The position numbers and the translations under genes were made by a program. Below are positions 22,392 to 29,597 of a DNA stretch of 32,000 nt, in pieces (position 1 is the first letter of the stretch; each line of letters begins with the position of its first letter). A model generated the notes under the pieces. It was given only the letters and a program-made list of their open reading frames with translations. It was not told the origin of the DNA and did not search any database. The DNA is from Pseudothioglobus sp. nBUS_23. GTDB taxonomy: Bacteria > Pseudomonadota > Gammaproteobacteria > PS1 > Pseudothioglobaceae. The DNA lies in NCBI RefSeq assembly GCF_051201565.1, contig NZ_CP179200.1, positions 150,001 to 182,000 of the forward strand, read 5' to 3'.

Positions 22392-23315
22392 ATGACTACC
22401 CATGATGCACCTAGGTTTGTAACAGTTGATGAATTTTCTGTGGGCCAAAGACTTGATAATTACTTGATTAAGTTGCTGAAGGGGGTTCCAAAATCTAGGA
22501 TTTATCGCATCATTCGAAAGGGTGAGGTTAGAGTAAATAAGGGCAGAAAGAAAGCTGATTACAAGCTTAAAGCTGAGGATTTAATTCGAATACCACCTAT
22601 AAGAACTTCAACTGAAAAAGAAATCAAGCCTTCACAAAGCCTACTAAAGTTACTTGAGAATGCAGTGCTTTATGAGGACAAGGGCATGCTAATAATCAAT
22701 AAAATTCATGGAATGTCAGTTCATGGTGGCAGCGGGATTAGTGTTGGAATTATTGAGGCACTCAAATCACAATACAAAGAGCCAATAGAGCTTGTTCATC
22801 GGCTTGATCGTGCAACTTCTGGATGCCTAATTCTGGCCAAAAAAAGATCAGTCCTAAAGTCATTACATTCACAGTTAGTTAATCATCAATTAGAAAAAAG
22901 ATACACAGCACTAGTCAAAGATACATGGAGCAAGAAAAAACATACTATTGATGCACCCATATATCAAAACTCCAGATACAGCGTAATAGATTCAAAAGGA
23001 AAGGACTCTCTAAGTCACTTCCATCCCATAAAAAACTTTGAATTAGGGGATTTTAATGCCTCACTTGTTGAGGTATCAATAGAAACTGGCAGAACACATC
23101 AAATTCGTGTTCATGCAAAGTTTGCGGGGCATCCAGTTGCACAGGATGATAAGTATGGCGATGGAGATTTTGATCAGTTTATGAAAAAGAAAGGTCTAAA
23201 TCGTTTATTTTTGCATGCCAAGACATTAACTTTTACGAACCCATTAACAAATGAAATTCAGAAAGTAAATGCACCGCTGCCAGATGATTTAGAAACATTT
23301 TTGAAAAAACTATGA
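22392..23315 (+). CDS. rluC: Ribosomal large-subunit pseudouridine synthase, RluC-like (S4 domain + RluA-family catalytic domain)
   Basis: 307 aa with an N-terminal S4-like segment (QRLDNYL...SRIYRIIRKGEVRVN), the catalytic motif HRLDRATSGCLILAKK and GRTHQIRVH. Exact rRNA target specificity cannot be determined from sequence. Confidence 0.78.
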   Translation: MTTHDAPRFVTVDEFSVGQRLDNYLIKLLKGVPKSRIYRIIRKGEVRVNKGRKKADYKLKAEDLIRIPPIRTSTEKEIKPSQSLLKLLENAVLYEDKGMLIINKIHGMSVHGGSGISVGIIEALKSQYKEPIELVHRLDRATSGCLILAKKRSVLKSLHSQLVNHQLEKRYTALVKDTWSKKKHTIDAPIYQNSRYSVIDSKGKDSLSHFHPIKNFELGDFNASLVEVSIETGRTHQIRVHAKFAGHPVAQDDKYGDGDFDQFMKKKGLNRLFLHAKTLTFTNPLTNEIQKVNAPLPDDLETFLKKL

Positions 23316-24154
23316 TTCCATATATTCGATTGATGAGACTAGATAAGCCTATTGGCTCATTATTGCTTTTATGGCCAACTTACTGGGCGTTATTCCTTAG
23401 TGCTGATGGATGGCCAGATTTAGATTTATTGATTATTTTCACGCTGGGAGTTGTTATTATGAGAACCGCAGGCTGTGTAATCAATGATTATGCTGATCGA
23501 GAAATTGATAAACACATTAAAAGGACACAAAACAGACCTATCACATCAGGTGAGATTTCACCAAGATCGGCACTAATATTATTTGTAATACTAATATTTA
23601 TCGCTTTTTTGCTAGTTTTACAAACAAACCTATTGACTATCCAGCTTTCACTATTAGCGGCTGGCTTAGCTACAATTTACCCTTTTACTAAAAGATGGAC
23701 AAATCTACCGCAACTTGTTTTGGGAGCGGCATTTGGAATGAGCGTTCCTATGTCTTTTGCAGCACAAACTGGCTCAGTACCATTAGAGGCGGGTCTCGTT
23801 TTCCTAGCCTCCCTAGTCTGGACTCTGATTTACGATACTCTCTATGCTATGGCTGATCGAGATGAAGATTTAATAATAGGGGTCAAGTCAACAGCAATTC
23901 TGTTTAAAAGATATGACCATATTGTCATTTCCGTTTTACAATTGCTACTGATTTTGATATTTTTTGGAATAGGTAATTCCTTCAATTTAGGCCAAATTTA
24001 CAATTTTTCTGTAATTTTTATTGTTTGTTTTATGATTTATCATCAGATTTTGATGAAAAAACGGCAAAATGAGCAATATTTCAAGGCTTTTATTCATAAC
24101 AATTACCTTGGTATGACTGCATTTGCTGGGATTTTCTTGTCAGTTGCAATTTAA
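23312..24154 (+). CDS. ubiA: 4-hydroxybenzoate polyprenyltransferase
   Basis: 280 aa and polytopic, with the prenyltransferase Asp-rich motifs NDYADREID and YAMADRDED. The ATG overlaps the rluC stop (ATGA). Confidence 0.9.
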   Translation: MIPYIRLMRLDKPIGSLLLLWPTYWALFLSADGWPDLDLLIIFTLGVVIMRTAGCVINDYADREIDKHIKRTQNRPITSGEISPRSALILFVILIFIAFLLVLQTNLLTIQLSLLAAGLATIYPFTKRWTNLPQLVLGAAFGMSVPMSFAAQTGSVPLEAGLVFLASLVWTLIYDTLYAMADRDEDLIIGVKSTAILFKRYDHIVISVLQLLLILIFFGIGNSFNLGQIYNFSVIFIVCFMIYHQILMKKRQNEQYFKAFIHNNYLGMTAFAGIFLSVAI

Positions 24155-24160
24155 GAGTAA

Positions 24161-24227
24161 TTTTTGTTGTTTTTTTGCAACTTTATAGCCATTTCTGCTC
24201 ATTTTTGCTTCATTTTTAGCTTTTTTT
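24161..24227 (+). repeat. Helically phased T-tracts, including an approximately 11-bp tandem repeat (CATTT[C/T]T[G/A]GCT x3, 24190-24221), upstream of promoter P1
   Basis: T-runs start at 24161, 24170, 24182, 24192, 24202, 24213 and 24221, a mean spacing of about 10 bp over 7 tracts. The series ends 13 bp before the -35 hexamer. Confidence 0.55.
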
Positions 24228-24239
24228 CATCAATAAAAC

Positions 24240-24266
24240 TTGACACTCAGTTTTCGTTACTATAAA
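24240..24266 (+). promoter_or_regulatory. Promoter P1 of small-protein gene 1
   Basis: Consensus -35 TTGACA (24240-24245) and -10-like TATAAA (24261-24266, 15-nt spacer; ATAAAA or TAAAAA give 16-17 nt). Both hexamers and their flanks are identical in the paralogous unit, while the spacer has diverged. Confidence 0.6.
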
Positions 24267-24275
24267 AAGTGCATC

Positions 24276-24295
24276 AATCGGCAAAGATGCCGGTT
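24276..24295 (+). promoter_or_regulatory. Conserved 5'-leader stem-loop, copy 1
   Basis: AATCGGCA (24276-24283) pairs with TGCCGGTT (24288-24295) over 8 bp with the loop AAGA. The paralogous copy keeps the helix through two C-to-T changes that convert G-C pairs to G-U. Confidence 0.4.
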
Positions 24296-24321
24296 ATCTT
24301 TATAATTAATGGAGAGAAAAT

Positions 24322-24537
24322 ATGTTAAGTAATGTAACTGGTTGGATAAAAAAATTAACAGAAGCAGGTGTGGGTCTTGTAGGACTTGCAATTGTAGTTC
24401 AAGTAATCTTTGGTTCAAGCGTAGCATTCCTTCCTGGTGATGTTATTGCTAATCTAATGGGTATCATTGGATCACTTGGAGCTGCTGGCTTAGTTGGGTT
24501 AGTCACAGCTGGATTGTTGTACCAAATCCTCAAGTAA
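24322..24537 (+). CDS. Small hydrophobic two-helix protein, 71 aa, unknown family (paralog 1)
   Basis: GGAGAG SD (24311-24316) lies 5 nt before the ATG. It shares 45/71 identical residues with paralog 2, and about 20 of those residues use different synonymous codons, which indicates protein-level selection. An amphipathic N-terminus is followed by two hydrophobic segments and the invariant loop AFLPGDV. Confidence 0.8.
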   Translation: MLSNVTGWIKKLTEAGVGLVGLAIVVQVIFGSSVAFLPGDVIANLMGIIGSLGAAGLVGLVTAGLLYQILK

Positions 24538-24558
24538 ACATACCATATTAGCTCAATG

Positions 24559-24584
24559 AAAACCCGCCGAGAGGCGGGTTTTTT
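24559..24584 (+). terminator. Rho-independent terminator of small-protein gene 1
   Basis: AAAA-CCCGCC (24563-24568), loop GAGA, GGCGGG (24573-24578), then T6 (24579-24584). The GC stem is perfect. Confidence 0.88.
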
Positions 24585-24672
24585 ATGTACGAAAAAATAT
24601 TAATATTATTTTGATAAGTCCTATTAATTCAACAGATTAAGCGTTTTTTCCCAAAAATGCAACTCAGAAAAC

Positions 24673-24699
24673 TTGACATAATTATATTGATACTATAAA
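24673..24699 (+). promoter_or_regulatory. Promoter P2 of small-protein gene 2
   Basis: TTGACA (24673-24678) and TATAAA (24694-24699) have the same geometry as P1. The flanking blocks AAAACTTGACA and TACTATAAAAAGT are identical to unit 1. Confidence 0.6.
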
Positions 24700-24708
24700 A
24701 AGTTCATC

Positions 24709-24728
24709 AATCGGTAGTGATGCTGGTT
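24709..24728 (+). promoter_or_regulatory. Conserved 5'-leader stem-loop, copy 2
   Basis: AATCGGTA (24709-24716) pairs with TGCTGGTT (24721-24728) over 8 bp, including 3 G-U pairs, with the loop GTGA. It sits at the same distance from the -10 and SD as in unit 1. Confidence 0.4.
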
Positions 24729-24753
24729 ATCTTTCAACAAACGGAGAGAAGAT

Positions 24754-24972
24754 ATGTTAGACAACGTAATTGGTTGGGCAAAAAAATTGACTGAAGCAGG
24801 CGTTGCAGTTATTGCACTTGCTGTAGTTGTTCAAATAATCTTTGGCGGTGATGCTGCATTCCTTCCTGGCGATGTAACTGGCAGCCTGATTAATATCATA
24901 AGTGAACTTGGCTCTGCTAACTTAGTAGGTCTTGTTGCTGCGGGGTTAATATACAAAATCTTTACTAGGTAA
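24754..24972 (+). CDS. Small hydrophobic two-helix protein, 72 aa, unknown family (paralog 2)
   Basis: GGAGAG SD (24743-24748) lies 5 nt before the ATG. It is a paralog of 24322-24537 with the same architecture. Confidence 0.8.
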   Translation: MLDNVIGWAKKLTEAGVAVIALAVVVQIIFGGDAAFLPGDVTGSLINIISELGSANLVGLVAAGLIYKIFTR

Positions 24973-24991
24973 CATAGCATATTAGCTCATT

Positions 24992-25018
24992 AAAAAACCC
25001 GCACTAGGCGGGTTTTTT
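24992..25018. terminator. Bidirectional intrinsic terminator (small-protein gene 2 / convergent dapD)
   Basis: A6 (24992-24997), CCCGC (24998-25002), loop ACTAG, GCGGG (25008-25012), T6 (25013-25018). The symmetric A and T runs allow termination in both directions. The dapD stop lies 21 nt away on the minus strand. Confidence 0.85.
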
Positions 25019-25038
25019 ATTGCTTCAAATAATAGAGA

Positions 25039-25854
25039 TTAAATTCCTCTAAGGAGTTCGTTAATGCCAACTTTTGATCTTGTTTTTGCATCAACCTGTT
25101 TCACTATTACAGCGCAATACAGTGAGTAGCTACCGTCTGAAGATGGAAGATTTCCAGAAACTACAACTGAGCCAGCTGGAATACGACCATAACTTACTTC
25201 CCCAGTCATCCTATTATAAATTTTCGTTGATTGCCCAATATAAACACCCATTGATATAACAGCACCTTCTTCGACAATAACTCCTTCGACCACTTCAGAC
25301 CTTGCACCAATAAAACAATCGTCTTCAATTATCGTGGGGCTAGCTTGCAATGGCTCTAAAACACCACCAATACCAACACCACCTGATAAGTGAACATTTT
25401 TACCTATCTGAGCACATGATCCAACTGTTGCCCATGTATCTACCATTGTTCCTGAGTCAACATAAGCGCCTATATTTACGTAAGAGGGCATTAAAACAGT
25501 ATTAGGGGCAATATATGAGCCTCGTCTTGCGGTTGCGGGAGGAACTACCCTGACACCTGATGCTTGGAACTCTTTCTCAGTCGTAGCTGCATACTTAGAG
25601 GGCACCTTATCAAAGTATTGTGTATATCCAGAGGGCATAGGGGTGTTGTCAGCTAGTCTAAATGAGAGAAGGACAGCCTTCTTTAGCCATTCATTAACTT
25701 GCCAATCACCAATACCTTTCTGTTCTGCCACTCTAGCTTTGCCTGAGTCCAGTAAGTGTATTGCTTCATTAACAGCATCTTTAATTTCAGGGCTTGCAGT
25801 AGCTGGAGTTAAATGATTCCTATCCTCAAAAGCTGATTCGATAATATCTTTCAT
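25039..25854 (-). CDS. dapD: 2,3,4,5-tetrahydropyridine-2,6-dicarboxylate N-succinyltransferase
   Basis: 271 aa with the N-terminal helical domain ([21 protein letters not shown]) and C-terminal hexapeptide-repeat left-handed beta-helix typical of DapD. Confidence 0.94.
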   Translation of the reverse strand: MKDIIESAFEDRNHLTPATASPEIKDAVNEAIHLLDSGKARVAEQKGIGDWQVNEWLKKAVLLSFRLADNTPMPSGYTQYFDKVPSKYAATTEKEFQASGVRVVPPATARRGSYIAPNTVLMPSYVNIGAYVDSGTMVDTWATVGSCAQIGKNVHLSGGVGIGGVLEPLQASPTIIEDDCFIGARSEVVEGVIVEEGAVISMGVYIGQSTKIYNRMTGEVSYGRIPAGSVVVSGNLPSSDGSYSLYCAVIVKQVDAKTRSKVGINELLRGI

Positions 25855-25878
25855 GATTAATACTTAAAAAAAGGGGCA

Positions 25879-25887
25879 ATTATAACA
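25879..25887 (-). promoter_or_regulatory. Candidate extended -10 promoter for dapD
   Basis: The minus strand reads TGTTATAAT (TGnTATAAT), about 25 nt upstream of the dapD ATG and downstream of the znuC stop. There is no convincing -35 or SD. Sequence only. Confidence 0.35.
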
Positions 25888-25909
25888 TTTACATTAGATT
25901 TGAGCTTAT

Positions 25910-26629
25910 CTAATGTTCGTGATGATGGTTATGATGATGCTCATAAGTAGCCATTAGTTCATTTATTTGATCAGCAAAAAGATCATTAAATTTTTCATCT
26001 TTCAATATTGATTCAGGAAGACCCTCGCAGCAGATATGATGATATAAACACAAAACTTGGGTTGATTCCTTCATGACTCGATGTAAGTCATGGGATACCA
26101 TTAAAACCGCACAATTTTGCTGTTGATGAATGTCCTGAATCAGCTTATAGAGTTGCATTTGACCATCAACATCTAGATTTTGGGCAGGTTCATCTAGAAT
26201 TAATACATTCGGTTTATTGAGCAGCGCTCTAGACAGCAGAACCTTCTGTAATTCACCTCCAGATAGGTTTTTTAGAGGCAATTGAAGCAAATCATTAATG
26301 CCTATCAAATCAAAAGTTTGCTGCATAAAAACTAAATCCAGCTTCTGATTCAAAGTCAGAAAGTCTTTCACAGATATGGGTATAAATGGATTAGCTGTAA
26401 ATGTTTGAGGGGTATAACCAAGCCTGATATCTTCCTGATAAGTTACACTACCAGAGTCTTGCTTAATAACACCTAACAAAATTTTGATTAAAGAGCTTTT
26501 TCCTGCACCGTTAGGACCAATGAGCGTGACAAATTCTCCTTGATGAAGCTGAAAACTGACATCATCAAGAACATTCTTACCATTATGGCTGAGTGTAATG
26601 TTGTTGAGAGTTATGAGGGCATCTGACAT
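25910..26629 (-). CDS. znuC: Zinc ABC transporter ATP-binding protein ZnuC
   Basis: 239 aa with Walker A GPNGAGKS, signature LSGGELQ and Walker B LILDEP. The ZnuC-specific LCLYHHICCEG segment and His-rich tail YEHHHNHHHEH closely parallel E. coli ZnuC, as I recall it. Confidence 0.88.
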   Translation of the reverse strand: MSDALITLNNITLSHNGKNVLDDVSFQLHQGEFVTLIGPNGAGKSSLIKILLGVIKQDSGSVTYQEDIRLGYTPQTFTANPFIPISVKDFLTLNQKLDLVFMQQTFDLIGINDLLQLPLKNLSGGELQKVLLSRALLNKPNVLILDEPAQNLDVDGQMQLYKLIQDIHQQQNCAVLMVSHDLHRVMKESTQVLCLYHHICCEGLPESILKDEKFNDLFADQINELMATYEHHHNHHHEH

Positions 26630-26744
26630 AAGTACATTTTATCTAACATTTTCAACATTCAAGCTCAAAATAAAGAGTTAGAGGCATTATATTCATAACC
26701 CAGTTTCTAAGAATTGAAACATAGTTTAGATGTAAAATTTAAAT

Positions 26745-29483
26745 ATGAATCAGCCTCTCATTTTAGTTGACGGAACAGCATTTCTATTCCGCTCTTACTT
26801 CTCAACAATCTCTCAAAATCTTACTAACGAAAGTGGTTTTCCTACAGGGGCTATGTTTGGAGTTGTGAATGCCATCAAGCACTTACAAAGAAAATACCAT
26901 GGTTCAAAACTAATTATGATTTTCGATGCAAAGGGCACAAACTTTCGCCATGAAATTTTTCCTGAATACAAGGCTAATAGAAGCCCTGCTCACGATGACC
27001 TAATCGTTCAGATTGAGCCCTTATATCAAATTGTTCGCGCTATGGGTTTTCATTTCTTATGTGAAGATGGAGTTGAGGCTGATGATGTAATTGCTACCTT
27101 ATCCAAATACGCAAATGATAAAGGCATTGAAACAATCATTGCCAGTGGAGACAAAGATCTCTTTCAGCTAGTTGGAGACAATATAAAACAATTAGATATG
27201 AAAGGAAAGCTCTTTTCAGAGGAAGATGTCAAAGACAAAATGGGTGTTATGCCTAGTCAAATCCTTGATTTACTGGCTTTAACTGGTGACACCTCTGACA
27301 ATATCCCGGGTGTCCCAAGTGTTGGTCCAAAGACGGCGGCAAAGTGGCTTGAACTTTATAAGGACATTGAGGGTGTAAAGGCTAACGCAAATATGATTGG
27401 TGGCAAGGTTGGAGAAAAGTTAAGGGAATCCTTTGATTTGTTGGATCTTTCTTATCAACTAGTGAAACTAAAATTTGATGTGAAACTACCTTTGAATATT
27501 CTTGAAGATGAGCCTGGAGAAAATACACAGGAACTGATAAAACTTTACACAGAATATGGTTTCTCCATGTGGCTAAAGCAACTAGATGAGCAGGGACCTT
27601 CAAAAGCTGGTGAGCCAAATGAGACTGATAATCAGACTGAAAAGGTTGAAGACATTGATTCAACCTTATCTATGGATAACTATACAAAAGCACTTATTCT
27701 GAGTGAAAATGATTTTGACGCCTTGCTGTCAAAACTTTTATCAAGTGAATCTTTTGTTTTTGATCTTGAGACAAATAGCCTTGATTATATGGAGGCCCAA
27801 ATAGTTGGTTTTGTATTTTTAATAGAAAATAATAGCTACTATTTGCCAGTTGCTCATGATTATTTGGACGCGCCAGCCCAAATGTCGAGATCTAAAGTTT
27901 TATCCTCCTTAAAACCAATCCTAGAAAGTCCCACAATTGGAAAGATTGGTCAAAATTTAAAATATGATGCACATGTATTAGCTAATGTTGATATCAATTT
28001 AAATGGCATCAAGGACGATACAATGGTTAAGTCATATTGCTTAGATTCGGTTGCGAGTCGCCATAATATGGACGACCTGGCCCTTCATTATTTGAGTCAC
28101 AAAACTATTCAGTATTCTGATGTAGCCGGAAGTGGAAAAAAACAACTGACATTCAATCAAGTTAGCATTGAAGAGGCGATGCCGTATGCATGCGAAGACG
28201 TCATTGTTACTAATGAGCTAAATAATTTATTTGAATCTAAATTACAAGAATTCCCAAAATTAGTAGCGCTTTACAAAAGTATTGAGCTTCCTTTAATAAA
28301 AGTGATGCTGCGGTTGGAGAGGAATGGCGCTAGGCTGGATGAGGCATCTCTCTTTAATCAACAAAATGAAATTAAAGAAGAAATGATCAAAATTCAAACG
28401 CAGGCTTACGAGATTGCGGGAGATGAATTCAATTTAGAATCACCAAAACAAATCCAACAAATTTTATTTAGTGAGGAAGGTTTTGGACTAGAGCCTAAAA
28501 AGAAAACAGCAAAAGGACAGCCGTCAACCAATGAAGAGGCGTTAAAGTTATTGGATCATCCTCTAGTGGACCTAATCATGTCTTACAGAACCTTAACAAA
28601 GTTAAATTCAACTTATTTAGAGGCGCTTCCTAGGCAAATAAACAGAAGAACTGGGCGTCTTCATACTTCTTACCATCAAGCAGTTACGGCAACTGGAAGG
28701 CTTTCTTCTTCAAAACCTAATTTTCAAAATATTCCAATTAGAACTCCACAAGGTGCACAAATTAGGTCAGCCTTTGTTGCTGAAAAAGGGAATGTGATTC
28801 TTGCTGCAGACTACTCTCAAATTGAATTAAGGATTATGGCTCACATTTCAGGAGACCAGAACTTAATCAAGGCATTTAATAATAATCAAGATGTCCATAG
28901 CTCAACTGCTGCACAAGTATTTGACACTGAAATCTCGATGGTCACTAAGGATCAGCGCCGAAAAGCTAAGGCGATTAACTTTGGCTTAATCTATGGCATG
29001 AGTGCTTTTGGTTTGGCTAAGCAAATTGATGTCTCTAGGACTGAGGCCAAGCAATATATTGACGGTTATTTTGAAAACTATCCAGGCGTTTTGAGGTTTA
29101 TGGAGGAGACTAAAGAAAAGGCAAAATCTCAGGGTTATGTAGAAACAGTTCTTGGAAGGAGGCTTTATCTACCTCAAGTTAATTCTAAAAATAAAATGCT
29201 TCAACAGCACGCGTTAAGGACTGCAATCAATGCGCCTATGCAAGGATCTTCGGCAGATATTATAAAGAAAGCCATGCTTGATATTCAGGCCTGGATTGAC
29301 AAAGAGAATCATCAGATCAAGATGTTTATGCAGGTTCATGATGAACTTGTCTTTGAACTTGATGAGAAAATGGCTGACTCTTACGCAACAGACATAAAAG
29401 AATTAATGTCAAATGCTCTCAAGTTGAGCATACCACTCGATGTGGATGTAGGTATCGGGTCGAACTGGCAGGAGGCTCATTAA
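26745..29483 (+). CDS. polA: DNA polymerase I
   Basis: 912 aa with a 5'-3' exonuclease N-terminus (ILVDGTAFLFRSYF, GDTSDNIPGVPSVGPKTA), a 3'-5' exonuclease domain (FDLETNSLD) and Pol A motifs (DYSQIELR, RRKAKAINFGLIYG, QVHDELVFE). Confidence 0.97.
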   Translation: MNQPLILVDGTAFLFRSYFSTISQNLTNESGFPTGAMFGVVNAIKHLQRKYHGSKLIMIFDAKGTNFRHEIFPEYKANRSPAHDDLIVQIEPLYQIVRAMGFHFLCEDGVEADDVIATLSKYANDKGIETIIASGDKDLFQLVGDNIKQLDMKGKLFSEEDVKDKMGVMPSQILDLLALTGDTSDNIPGVPSVGPKTAAKWLELYKDIEGVKANANMIGGKVGEKLRESFDLLDLSYQLVKLKFDVKLPLNILEDEPGENTQELIKLYTEYGFSMWLKQLDEQGPSKAGEPNETDNQTEKVEDIDSTLSMDNYTKALILSENDFDALLSKLLSSESFVFDLETNSLDYMEAQIVGFVFLIENNSYYLPVAHDYLDAPAQMSRSKVLSSLKPILESPTIGKIGQNLKYDAHVLANVDINLNGIKDDTMVKSYCLDSVASRHNMDDLALHYLSHKTIQYSDVAGSGKKQLTFNQVSIEEAMPYACEDVIVTNELNNLFESKLQEFPKLVALYKSIELPLIKVMLRLERNGARLDEASLFNQQNEIKEEMIKIQTQAYEIAGDEFNLESPKQIQQILFSEEGFGLEPKKKTAKGQPSTNEEALKLLDHPLVDLIMSYRTLTKLNSTYLEALPRQINRRTGRLHTSYHQAVTATGRLSSSKPNFQNIPIRTPQGAQIRSAFVAEKGNVILAADYSQIELRIMAHISGDQNLIKAFNNNQDVHSSTAAQVFDTEISMVTKDQRRKAKAINFGLIYGMSAFGLAKQIDVSRTEAKQYIDGYFENYPGVLRFMEETKEKAKSQGYVETVLGRRLYLPQVNSKNKMLQQHALRTAINAPMQGSSADIIKKAMLDIQAWIDKENHQIKMFMQVHDELVFELDEKMADSYATDIKELMSNALKLSIPLDVDVGIGSNWQEAH

Positions 29484-29597
29484 TTCGAATGTTGGTTTAT
29501 TCGTCTGAATGTCGAAAGTATAATTCGGTAATGGGCTTACACTCAGATAAATTAAAATAGCTTCCTTGAACATATAAGAAATCACTAGCTGAGCCAT

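Noticed and set aside
24283-24301. An alternative leader hairpin AAAGAT/ATCTTT in unit 1 that might sequester downstream sequence.
   Set aside because: The 5' arm is not conserved in unit 2 (AGTGAT), so the pairing is not supported by the paralog comparison.
24322-24972. The small hydrophobic Gly/Ala-rich peptides as bacteriocins or microcins (double-glycine leader or circular bacteriocin type).
   Set aside because: No conserved GG or GA leader cleavage motif is shared by the two copies (FGSS versus FGGD). There is no adjacent ABC/C39 exporter, immunity or maturation gene. The N-terminal 14 residues are among the most conserved parts, which is unlike a disposable leader.
26632-26660. A full Zur operator upstream of znuC.
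   Set aside because: Only direct ACATT(T) repeats and a single half-site-like TAACATTTT are present. The complementary half needed for the palindrome is missing. I kept this as a low-interest note, not as a called binding site.
29485-29505. The hairpin CGAAT-n8-ATTCG after polA as a terminator.
   Set aside because: The stem is only 5 bp with no following U-tract, which is too weak to call.
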